Below the pieces are notes generated by a model. That model saw nothing but the letters and a program-made list of their open reading frames with translations, ran no database searches and had not been told where the DNA came from. This document shows positions 27,296-39,700 of a stretch of 64,000 bases of DNA, in pieces. The position numbers and the translations under genes are program-made. Each line of letters begins with the position of its first letter. The first letter of the stretch is position 1. This DNA comes from Azolla caroliniana (lineage: Eukaryota; Plantae; Polypodiophyta): assembly GCA_043228905.1 (NCBI GenBank), contig JBHGNT010000014.1, positions 13,144,001 through 13,208,000 of the forward strand. Reading direction: 5' to 3'.

Positions 27296-28799
27296 CGACA
27301 AATGTTAGACGAAGTTGAGCAGGAGAAATATACATTGTTGGAGTCCCTCCACCAATTGCAAATCTCCTCAACACTAGAACTCGAACAACAGTGTGACCGA
27401 TATCTATAGGAGTTAGCCCATAATTCGGATCGACTCTTTTGACGCTATGATTACGTACAAAGGAAATGGAAGAAAAGCTCACCGGAGTTACCATATCGTG
27501 GGAGATCCTCAAAGCCAAGCACGAACAGGACACCGCGACAGCTAAAGAAGAAATGGACACCCTCCGAGCCAAATATGAAATGGGCGAAACCCACGTGAAG
27601 GAATATGTGCCGAAGCACAGGCTAAAGCTCAATAAAAAAGTCGAAGCTGCACTAGCTCACAGATGGAACGAATGAGCGGCTCAAGAAGCCGAATTACAGA
27701 TCTTCCGAGCTGATGCCGAAAATCAAAGAAAAGAGGGCAGCGGTTTTAACAATATAAAGGATAATAGCAAGGAATTCCATGAAGACCTCACCAAGGAATT
27801 CCAAGCTCTAGCCAAAACACACACCACGGCCATTGGAAACCTCCTCAAGGAGTTTAAGGATGATCAACTACTGAACATGATCGAAACAGAAGGTTATGAA
27901 TGTTGCGCCTCCAAGCCGAAAAGGAAGTAGAAGCCATGACACAGGCCTTAGTAGCAACCCAGAAGGGGATAGAAGAAGCAACCTAGGAGCCGAAAGAAGA
28001 AGAGGCGACATGCCCCCAACCGGAGATGGCACAAGTGGTTGAACAAATCACGGAGACAAAGTGGGAGGAAGGGGCTATAAAAGTCATGGTAGAATTTAGA
28101 GACCAACAACTCGATTTGTCAGCCGACCTAACACAGGAGGAGGCAACTCAAGGGCCGATAGAGCAAACCGAAGCCCCTGCAAGTACAGAACAAAGGGCCG
28201 ATTTGACGGTCGATCTCACACGAGGGAGTCAGAGCAACCTGAGGGTATCATATTAATTTTGGAAGAAGAGTGAGTGTACAAGCAATTTTTGGGTCTTTTC
28301 TCAATTTCACGATATCGATTTTTTATTTGATATTGAGTGATTTTTTAAGTTCGACAGGTGTTATCCGTGGGACAAAGGGCACGAGGTGTGAAACGAATCT
28401 AAAGAGATGAGTAGGTCGAGTAAGTAAAAAGGGAATCGAGTGAGCACTCATAGCTGAGGAAGTAGTTGAAGCGCGCCAAGGAGAGAATAGGCTATATAAA
28501 TCGTGGAACAATAGAAGGAAACGGGGGAATATATATGCATATTTTATGATATAAGAGAAGAGTCACTAATATAATCGGCATGCGTTGCCTTGTAATTGAT
28601 TTTATTCCATAATCAATACATATACTTAGTGGGTCACCTTTGTGTCTATTCTGTTGATTCGGCTATTCTTAAATCGTAAGTAGAATACCGGTTGTGGCTG
28701 GTTATTGTGTAACTGATCGGCCTACTGAGCCCTATCGTACTCTCCTACTTAACCACAATCCCTTGACCCGATTACTCAAGGGGGAGTAATTGAAGGTGT

Positions 28800-29400
28800 A
28801 TCCTTGAGAAGGAGACAATAGTCTTCAAGCTCGATCCCGATGGCCATTCGCTCCTTCCGATCGATCGACTTTATGAACAACAAGATGTTATCCATCCCCA
28901 CCAGTCTTTGTTCCCACTACAAGAGCAGAGCAAAGCGCCACTCAAACTCTAGGAACGCCTTCGTTGTGTCTCGGTGGGCCTTCGCCAACGCTACCCAATG
29001 GTCAAAATCGCACCGACTCCAACTTTTTGGCTTCCTGCCTCTGTATGCCTGTAAGAGTGCCTCTCCGAAGGCCTCCCACAAACTATGAGCTTCTTTGAGC
29101 TCCTTTACTCCCTCGTGCTTCCGGACGGCAACCACCCGACAAAAATATTCCAGCCTCAATGCCTCATCTACATTCCTCACTGCCATTTCTGCATTGCAGG
29201 CTTCCAAATAGAATGGGACTCTGTCACCATTGAAACGGCCGACTCGACAACTTGTTGTGCCACCGCTCGTCTCATCATCGATTGTCTGAACTCCAACACT
29301 ACCTTCGCCATTATCTCCGCGAAGTCATCGTCTTCCATCTACGTCCTCCCTTGTCGCCCCTTCAGGTCAAGTTCACCAAAGATGTCGCGAAAATCCGCAA
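28800..29400 (-). pseudogene. gag-like remnant related to the 61101 family, with adjacent LTR-like sequence
   Basis: ORF 28917-29207 (CNAEMA..FCRVV..FDHWVA..TTKAFLEFEWRF) matches 61101-61605 (NYKAAM..FSRVA..FDEWVA..ATQAFLEFEHRF). Confidence 0.7.
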
Positions 29401-30949
29401 GTACATGTAGGATCAAGGGCGGGACCACTAGGGTCTTGGACCTGAGAGAGACAGAGGATGAAAGCCGAGCTTCATTAGTCCTGACGACCGACTACGACAC
29501 CGACTAGAGCATTTCCGGATATGTACTGGAACCAACCGAACGAGAGAGATAGAAAACACGCACACAATGCTTACATAAGAGACACTTCTTATGTACAGAA
29601 ACACCTTTGACACCGATAGAGACAGATAAAGACAACCCTTTGTATATATTTTTGTACAGAATAGTAGAATACAACTTCGGCTTTGAGCCAGTGCAAGCAG
29701 ACAAGAGTACAATAACCTTCTGCGGGCAAGTCTCCAATCGGGGCGCTCTCGGGATTGTCGTGTCGAATGGGGTCCTTGAGGAGAAGACAATGCAGAATCG
29801 GAACCTTTAGAGCATGGGAGCTCTAGCCAGTGCAGAACCGAAACCCTGAACCCTGACAGACCGAAAAACGAACAACAAACTAGGTCGCAAACTAAAAAAT
29901 GGGGAATCCCGAAATAGGAGGCTCTCCCCTCCTTTTATACCCCAAGGCGGGAGATACGTTACAAGTTGGTCAAATACTCCTTATTTTTAGAGGAAATACC
30001 TGCCTTGATTTCCGGGGAGGTATATTAAACACCCTCACTTTCATAGCCCCACTACGTATGCAAGTGCACTAATGTACACATGACCCTTATTCCTCACTAA
30101 CTCCCGTGCACATTAGCACCCTTACAATTTCCCTTTTATTTCTATTTACATTTTTCCCAATGTACATGTGCAATGTTGCACATAGCCAACTTTGCTCGCT
30201 CAACGCGATTTTCTCACCATTGCCGGAAATCCTCACGAGAACACGTGTGCGTGCTACTCCAGCACAACCTCGAGGATCATAGACTAGGGAGGTGGAAAGA
30301 AGGGGAATGTCAAAGACTGTCACTTGTCGGAGAAACTAGTCAAACAAGATTGTCGAATGTTCTTTAGGTGGCCTTTGTTCTTCCATCTTTGTTAGTTATC
30401 GACTTTTTCCTCAGTCGTCGATCTTTCTCGTTCGTCGACCTTCCCACTTGTTGACTTTTAGTAGTTGTCGATCGTTCTCACTCATCAACCTTTCTTACTC
30501 CTTGACATTTCTGCTCATCGTCGTTTCCTTTCGTCGACCTTTCCCACTAGCAGTCATCAACCTTTTTTTACTTGTCAACCTTTCCCGCTCGTCGATCTTT
30601 CTCATGTGTTCACCTTTCCCACTCGTCAACCTTTGGGTTTGTCAACCTTTACTTGTTGACGTTTACTCGTAAAAAAATGCTTCTCAACATGAATAACAGG
30701 GGACCAATGTTGGCCTTCATGTAATAGGGATGGTTCAAAATGAAATGGATTAACCTTCTAGATAGATTAGGACCAATGGCAAGGGATTACAATAGTTTCT
30801 CACTTTAAATATTAACAAAGGGACATTCCTTCTTCCTCCCTATAAAAGGATGAAGGCAGGACTCATTTCTTCTTCTTCTTCATTTTTTGTTTTCTTGGGG
30901 CTTTACTTGCGAGTTTCTTCCTTAAGTCTTCTCTTCCATCCCTTCTTCC

Positions 30950-31400
30950 TCCCACTGTTCATTGTTCTGCCATCATGTTCGTTGCTTGGTGTTGGTGTGA
31001 TTAGTGCTCGTCATTGGTGTTCGGTGGTCTCATGCTTGATTGTTTGGTGCTCGGTGGTCGCATGCTCCTATGTTTGGTGCTCCTTGTTCATGTGCTCATG
31101 CTCATTGTGTTTGGTGCTTGTTAGTTCGGTGTTCACGTGTTCGTGTGCTTGTGCTCATCATGTTCGTTGTGAGTGCTCAATTGTTTGATGTTCGCGTGTT
31201 CGGTGCTCGTTGCTCAATGTTCGTGTGCTCGTGTGTTCATGTGTTCATGTGTGTGTGCTGGATGTTCAGTATGCATTGTTCGGTGTTCATTGTTCATGTG
31301 TTCGTGTTCAGTGTGTTTGTCATTCGACTCCTTCTGCTCCTTCTGCTCCTTGGTTCAGTGTTCGTCACTTGGCGCTCATGTTCAATTGTCGTCTTCGGTG
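30950..31400. repeat. Low-complexity (GTTC/GTGCTC/ATGT)n region
   Basis: Repetitive TG-rich composition producing spurious Cys/Val-rich ORFs. Confidence 0.6.
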
Positions 31401-34400
31401 TTAGGGTAGAGCTGTTGGCATGTTGGAAGGCCATACACTATTTTCTCCATTCATCTCTTCAATCTTGTCAAGCTCATGGTTCATTTCTGTTCTTGATTAA
31501 GTTGATATTATTAAAGGCAAGCATTCTAGAAAGAATTAAACTCCACACCTCCCGTGTTGCATTTATTTCCACCAAGGATGAGGTAGTAATAAGTCAGCTT
31601 GCGTGCCCATCACATTTGGAATTAGTATTATCTTTTTATTGATATTTAAAAGCATAACAATCTTTCTTGAAGTGTTCCCTCTTATAGCAATAAAGAAATT
31701 CAATGGTTTTCATCCTAGACTTGATTCTACTCCTGTTCATTTCTATTATTGTTCGTAGTTTGGCTCCGAGAACATTGTTGATTCTTGCGAGAACGAACCT
31801 ATTTACACATTATATGTGTCTCCACTATGTGATGCAATCATAGATTTCCTACGAATTTCATCGCTAAAGAGAGATTCTCCACATCTGTAATTGTAGACCA
31901 ATTTCCCATTCGGTGGCAATAATAGCAATGCAAAATATGTGTGAAGACGTAGGCATCGTGTAGAAGAGGAAGGCATATTTTAACTCATCCATAGTCAGTT
32001 TTTGAGCCTGTAATTGAGACCATAATCCAACAAAGTTAATGTTCAAATGAGAGGCACCACTATTGGTCTCCTTCATGTCAAGATCATAGAGTTTCCTCAT
32101 TAGCTGGAGTTTTTTTCATGTGGTCTCCTTCTCGTAGATCGTACAAAGTAATTCCACAGATTGACAATCTCCATCGGTCTCATACCATATGTGAGGGTGA
32201 AGGTCAATTTCAGCAATTTCTACACAGAGAGGAGTGGCCGAGCAACTATTTTTCATCCACACAGAGAAAGAAGAACAAAACACAGAGAGCAAACAAATAA
32301 ATTTTGGGGGCATAAAAACTCTTTCATCACATTCAATTTGGCCTATATACAACTATTTAGAAGATATTATACTTTTGGCCTTTTACACAATACTTTCACG
32401 CCATAAAACATCATCGTTAATAGAACTTGGGCGCCTCTCCCTAAAATTGCCGCCCCTAGCAATGAGCTCTCATTCTCCTTTATAGATTTGCAGAGGGCCC
32501 CTTACCAAAATAGTAATTTTTTTTGGAGTATTTCAGCTTGATACTTGATTATCACTAAGGTATATCTCCCTTTTTATTTTTATGGGTGTACATCTCTTGA
32601 TACTTGATGCTTCATACTTGATTGTCTCTTTATTTTGTGCACTATAAATCACGTTTCTCTAGTCACTGTTGTTTGAATCCTTCACCTTGCCATTCCAATA
32701 ATTAGCCCTTCACAATTGAGGATTTTTCTTTGTTAATTTTATCTATATCTCTTTTAAGGTCTTCTATTTTAAAACATAATCTTAATGTGTAATAAACTAA
32801 GGTGTTACACAAATTTCTCCATTGCGTACACATCATAACAACGAGAGTAGTAAAGATTTGTAATTCCCTAGTTTGTTACATTTTAGATAACATTGACTAT
32901 GATTTCTTAATTCTTCTTTTCCTCTTTGGGTAGGACAAACGAGAGGAGAAATCCTAACCAACCGAATTTTGGCATGACGTCAAGCCTTTGAAATCGATCA
33001 ATAGACAAAAAGTGACGATGTCATCCTCAAAGGAGACATGGCTTCTCTTGTGGCATAAGCAGGATTATGTGTGGCAATAATGTTTTTGGTTTTCATCATT
33101 ACATAATTTGCTATTTTCCCCTTCCCCCTCCCTTGGGCCCTCTCGGACTAGTTTATGCTAAGGAGCTTTTTTCAAATATGTTTAAATAGAGGTGCCAATG
33201 CCTCTATTGTTCATAACTAACTATCGTCAGACTCTCAAACTCTATAAATTTCAATGGGAATTCTAACTATGCTTGTGCCTTTCGTTAACGAGTAGGATCT
33301 CATGTTCATCCTCATATGTCTCCACTTATCCTCATATGGCAAGTTTACTTAAGCTTTCCTCAAGAGCAGGATTTGATGTGATCAAGCTCAAGTCAATCTT
33401 TTGATGAATTGATGTGCTCAACAAGCGATAATATAGTCTCTCATGTGTTAGGATTCTTGTAGAAGAAAGCTTGCTCACACTGGACTGGTAAAATTAGGGT
33501 TCTTTAGTTTATCGTAGAAGTTATGGAGAGTCCACAAGCCAAAAATCGAAAGGTTCACAACACATAGTTTCACATGTGCGTCTTTACTATCCTTAGAACT
33601 AATCTACTTATCAATGCCATGTACCATAAAATAAAATAAAAATTGGTGATTGAGCTACTCATATTCAAAGAATGATTTGGAGTTATGTATAATCACTTGT
33701 TGTATAGCTCAAGAAGACACATCATCATAGATAGTTGTATAATTGCCATGTATCCAAGCTTGTCTTCAATACAATTGGTATTTATAGTGCTTGCTCATGA
33801 TTGTTGTTCAAATGAGGCAACTGCACAAGAATCATTCTTAGACAATCTACCTTTTGTATTCATAAATGTTCTCCATATGCATGCATACTAGTATAAGCTC
33901 TCAAATAGAACTACACGAAATCCCATTTTGTCACATCCAATGTTGAGCTCAAGTTGATATTAGTTTGTCATTCATTTTTTATTGTTCAACTCTATCTCAT
34001 AGCTATTGAGTGAAGGTGTTTTCTGTGCTTTTTCACCTCATCTTCTAATTGAGTCACTCAAATAATTTCCCTCGAGAGGAAAATTATTTGAACAAAAGAT
34101 GCCATATTTCATATGGTGAGTCATTCTCTTACTTCAATTTGTTGTGGAGTTATGTGGGTGCATGTGAATTGCGAGTGGGACTGGTGGGGACCTGAACCAA
34201 GGAAGTTGCGTGCGGATGATTTTTTAATCCCTTGTAATTGCTAATTATAGTGAACCTCAACTTCTTTTGGATGTTCTAGATACTCTTTGACAATACATTT
34301 GTGTATGCGAACTTTAAAAACTCAATAGCACGACGATGTATTTCAATGTAGATCATCGTGTCATGCAGAATAAAGTCTAGAGTTGCAACGTGTTTTTTAT

Positions 34401-34890
34401 GCACGCTGCTTGTTGACGCATTCTAGTGTGGAAGCGCCACAAAAACTTTGTTTGCGGCCTTCTTGCGACACGCACTTATTGCGTCACTATACAATGCAAT
34501 TTAGCAAAAAGGGGGTTATCGCACTTACTGCGTCACTAAACATTTAGTTGTAGGGTATTTAGGGAGATAAAAAGTTGTCTTTGCTGGTGACTAAGGAACA
34601 AATTAAAGAAGGCGGAAGTAGTGTGAAATGGAAAGTGGGGAATGACAAAGTGAGTGATGCGAGAAAGTCATTGGCATTGTCTAGTGGCAATAACAACAAC
34701 AATACCATCAAGTTATTGTGACACCAACCAACTAGTTTTGCATGATTTCACTAGTTAAACCAACCAACACTCACGTGTACATGGAATCATTGAATTTGAA
34801 CATTTTATATACCACTTGGGAAATAGGTACATCTTTAAAAAAAAATGAAGCTCCAACAACATAGGATCATTGAAATTCAACATTTATATA

Positions 34891-35525
34891 TGTTGGGATT
34901 ACGGTCCCTCCGGATGGGATGGTCAAATGTCCGGGAATCGGGAATGAAGACCCGAATGAGGAGTACCCGGTATCGGAACCGGATGATGAAGACCCGGTTT
35001 CGGATCCGGATGATGAAGACCCCGGCTACGGAGCCGGATGACGAATGTACCCGGAGAGAGATCCGGATGCGGGGACATATTTGTGAATGTGTTTGCCAAG
35101 GGCCCTCTAGGCTATATTTGTAAATAGCCCGAAAGTCATATGTGTATAAATATGACTTAGGGCAAACAGTTTGTAGTTGTTGCTCATTTTTTCTGTTTTC
35201 ACTTAGAGAGAGCGAAGTGAGAACAGCCGAGAGAGAGAGAGTGAGAGAGAGAGAAAGGAAGAGGTCGACGCCTCTGTGTAATACCGCCGCCTGTGGCGAG
35301 GACAGCGAGCTCAAGGTCGTCGCCTTGCAGCTCGCCATTGTACATTCCCTGCGTATAGTGATAGTTGGAGTCTTGCACTCCCGTGGTTTTTCCCGTCTAG
35401 GGTTTTCCACGCTAAACCCTGTGCATTCGAGTCTCTCTCTGTGTTTTCGATTTACTGCTGCATTGACTCGTGTGTCCTCGGTTGTGGCCGAGAGGTGAAG
35501 GTTTTGAAAGCGTCGATTTCTAACA
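34891..35525 (+). mobile_element. Solo LTR of the 918-1610 Copia family, downstream of GLP copy 2
   Basis: TGTTGGG...CTAACA flanked by a perfect TSD ATATA (34886-34890, 35526-35530). Confidence 0.92.
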
Positions 35526-36734
35526 ATATATGACTGGGAAATTGATATATTCGTTTAATTTACCATCTCCAAATTTCATTGTAAAGGTAGTATTGAAGAT
35601 TCGATGTGAAATGTATAGGTGGGGATGTGATTTGGTAACAATGTGTAACTAAGTATATGGTCTCATAGTTGTTCTACTGCTTATTAAAAAGAGAAAACAA
35701 TACAAATATTGTTATATTTATGCCATAGTTTTTTTGTTGTAGAGCGTTTCATTTCATTTATTTATCATAAGTAGATCCATTCATTCACTCATGTGATTTT
35801 GGAGTGATTTTAGTTAGAAGAGGGTGGTGATGTCCTGGCCCGGGATGCATCCGCTGTCGGACGTCTTCTTCAGGCCGTCGCCGTACGGGAACAGCGTGGA
35901 CGCCACGTCAGCCACCTCCGCCCTGCTGGCATTCAGTGACGTGGCGAGCGCACGTGCCGGCACCTGGAACAGCGCCAGGCTGGCGGACTGCATGCACACA
36001 CACACACACGTAAACATACATACAAAAAACATATATAAGATGATAAGCTTGTTGAAACACAAGCAAGAGACATATGAAGAATGAATGAATGAATGAATGA
36101 GTGAGTGAGTGTGTGGGGTGTGGGAATTGAAATGTACCAGTGTGCCCGGGTTCTGGCTCTTGAGGGCGGAGATGTAGTCGGCCGTCACATTGCCGACATT
36201 GATCTCGAAGTGGAGGAGTCCGCGTGGGAAGAGGGTGACATCGCTGGGGTACAGAATGTTGATGTGTGGAGTCCCTATTTGTTTTTGAAGAAAAATTCAA
36301 TCATTAAAAATTAGATGATATGAGGAATCCATCTAATTTAAATGCCTAGTAACCCTACTAGAGAAGAATAATTTTAAAAACATTTGTTTCAAACTTGTGC
36401 GCACCCGAGGTGTCGACGAATCCGACTTGGAGTGGTCCCCCGGAGATGAGTGTTAGTATCTCGGTCGCACGCGGGTGAGTGTGCGGCAGGTTCACACCGC
36501 ACGGCACCATCTGGAACCGCACGTACGTGATCCCCTCCGACCTAAAACAAAATATAAGGATCCATCGGTCACTATAAAGATGGAGGAGGAGCATGTTAAA
36601 GGGCTTAGGTGTTAGAAGAATGAATGTTGTATATTACATGGTGAGGGGTAGGTTGGTGATGTTAACCGCGGCCCTAATACCTCCGCTGTCTCGTGTGACG
36701 GCACCATTAGTTAACAAATCTCGGAGGACGAATT

Positions 36735-39700
36735 TATTAGAATATAAGTTAAATAATATTATTAATAATAAATATAATATAACTGCCCTCCCGGTGATAA
36801 CACCAAGAAAGGTTTCTAACTGCCTTATATGGCTATAAATAGGTCTCTAAGACCTATAGTTGTAATAGGACGATTTCAATACAGATTTACATTACTTTAC
36901 TTTCTCCCTCTCTCTCTCTCTGTCTCTCTCTCTCTTGCCTCTTCTCTTTTCATCTCTTCTCAACATGGTATCAGAGCGTTAGGCTCTCTCCAACCACCGT
37001 CCTCTTTCCTTTCTTTCTTCACAGCCAGTGCCCTTGCCACCACCGTCCTCTTCCCTTTCTTCCTTCACAGCCAGTGCTCTTACCATTAGTTGATCCGGAC
37101 AACTATGGCACAACATGCACATGGCACACCTAATTCGTCCATATCGACACCCAGCCCATCAACCCCAATACCGGGTTTTTCAACAACGCAAGGCACTACT
37201 CCGCTCGTCCCAACCACTACGAGAAGTTACAACCTCGACAAACTCACGGGCCCCAACTACCTTACATGGGCCACACGGATGACATTGATGCTCAAACGAG
37301 CGGACCTGTGGAACGTGGTAAGTGGCACAACCCAACCCACCGAAACCAATAACACCGAGTGGATGGCAAAAGATCTCCAAGCCCAAACCGAACTCATGTT
37401 CCACCTTGGAGACCCGCAAGTGCAAATGGTCCGACGTTGCGACACCTCAGCGGAAATTTGGAAAGTACTCCGAAGCACTTATCATCATGAAGATTTGATC
37501 ACCCAAGTCGCATCACTCAAAAAGCTCCTAATTTCCTCCGTCACAGAAAACCAAGAAATCACCAAATTTCTTGATGAATGGCGCATCTTACTCGACAATG
37601 CCCTCCTCTCGGGACTACAATTAGATTCAAATCTACAAGCAATGTTACTCCTAGCAGCATTGCCCTCCTCTTGGCGACCATTTATAACCACTCAAGCATC
37701 AATGACGGGCCTCACCGTCGAATCTCTTATGGCACGCATCCGCCAAGAAGAGATCATGCGAAATGGCGCTCATCACTCAAATGCAACATTTTCAACACCG
37801 TCGATGCAATATGTGCAAAGACAACCTAACTTCAAAAGGGGACCTCCCTTTCGAAGGAACAACAACAACATGCGACCCGCCACCGCTTCAACAAAAGTTT
37901 GCACATATTGTGGACGCCATGGACATCTTGAACGTGAGTGCCGCACCAAGCGTCGTGAACAACTGAACCAATCACAACAACAACGTCAACAGCCACATGG
38001 ACGACATCCTAGAGCACACCTCCAACAACTAGATGTGCCCGAAGTTGGCCAATATGGTATGGAATCATTACAACTATTTACATCATTACTAAATAGTTCC
38101 AATTGTCTTTCCCACACCACAGATATATCCGAATGGCTACTCGACACTGGTGCAACTCACCACATGACGCCACAAAAGCATTGGCTTCGCGACTACAAAC
38201 ACCTCTCAAGTACCATGCGAGTTTACCTCGGGAACAACCAATTCCTCACTGCCATCGGTGTCGGGAACCTTCACATCACCCTACCAAGTGGAGTAAACGT
38301 CAACATCTACAATGTATATCACATTCCGGGTCTTAGCCGAAATATACTTTCGGTTACAACGGCTACCTCAACTGGATCTTCCATTGAGTTCTTCCATGAC
38401 TCATGTATTATTCACTTCAAGCTCCCTAATGGACAATTTGAAATTATAAAAATACCTCAGAAGGACCGTCTGTATCCATTAGCTATATCTATGTCTAATC
38501 CTCACTCTGTAATTGGTCACACCTCTATCCATTCTCTTCACATGGCTAAAGCTGTGTCCACCCTTATGTGGCATTATAGGTTCGGTCACATAAATAGTGT
38601 CACACTACATCGCATGGTGAAAGATAAGCTTTGTGTTGGCTTACCACTCTATCTAAACCCAATAGAATTGTGTGAAGGTTGCATCTTAGGAAAATCTAGC
38701 CACAAAAGTCACCAAACATCACTCAACAAATCCACACAATTGAACCAACTAGTACATAGTGACCTTTGTGGACCCATGGAATCAAGCTCACTCACGGGCT
38801 CCCATTATTTTCTCACTTTCATTGATGATTTTAGCAGGTATACGACCATATACTTCCTCAAGAAAAAGTCTGAAGTGCTCACACACTTCAAAGAGCATTG
38901 CAACCTCGTAGTCCGTCAACATGATCTTCCAATCCAAGCACTTCGCTCCGACAATGGCGGAGAATATGGCTCAAATGCATTCGAGGCATTTTGTAAAGAC
39001 GAGGGCATCCAACAACAATTTACCGTTCCATACACGCCACAACAAAATGGTGTGTCCGAACGGAAGAATCGAACCCTTGTTGGCGCTGCTAGAGCCATGC
39101 TCCTTACGGCGGGACTACCAAAAACCTATTGGGAAGAGGTAGTCGCGACAGCGTGCTATGTCCAAAATCGGGTTCCGCATGCAAACGACCCCAAAACTAC
39201 ACCATATTTTTATTGGTTTGGCAAGCCACCCAATGTTCAACATCTTCGAATCTTTGGATGTGTAGCATACCCGGTGAAAGCTTTGGACTTGAGAAAGAAG
39301 TTGGATCCAACAAGCACGCGAATGATCTTCGTGGGCTATGGTGACCGATTTGGCGTCAAAGCATACAGATTGTATGATCCGGAGCAACGAAAATTTCACC
39401 TCGCACACTCAGTATACTTCAATGAAACCTCTCTCCTTAGCCCCCAACAAGAAATCCACAACCCCATAACACCATTAACCCTACCATCCACCACACCAAC
39501 CATTCCACTCTCTACCCCAAAAAGACACACTCAAGTTGAATGGGAAGAAGTCTCACAACTCGCCCCACTCCCACCACAAACTCTCATTCCAATTGTCCCA
39601 ACAACCACAACACAACCAACGTTACATGCCCCCCCCACACCTACAACACCAAAAACCCCTCCTTGGTCCCTCGGACAGAAAACCAAATCCCTCCTATTCC

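Noticed and set aside
30351-30689. Possible solo LTR (TGTCG...CAACA) with GTCGACCTTT repeats
   Set aside because: No TSD and no second copy in the window, so boundaries cannot be supported.
30850-31642. Cys/Val-rich ORFs as membrane or metallothionein-like proteins
   Set aside because: Low-complexity TG-rich DNA open in several frames; no recognisable domain.
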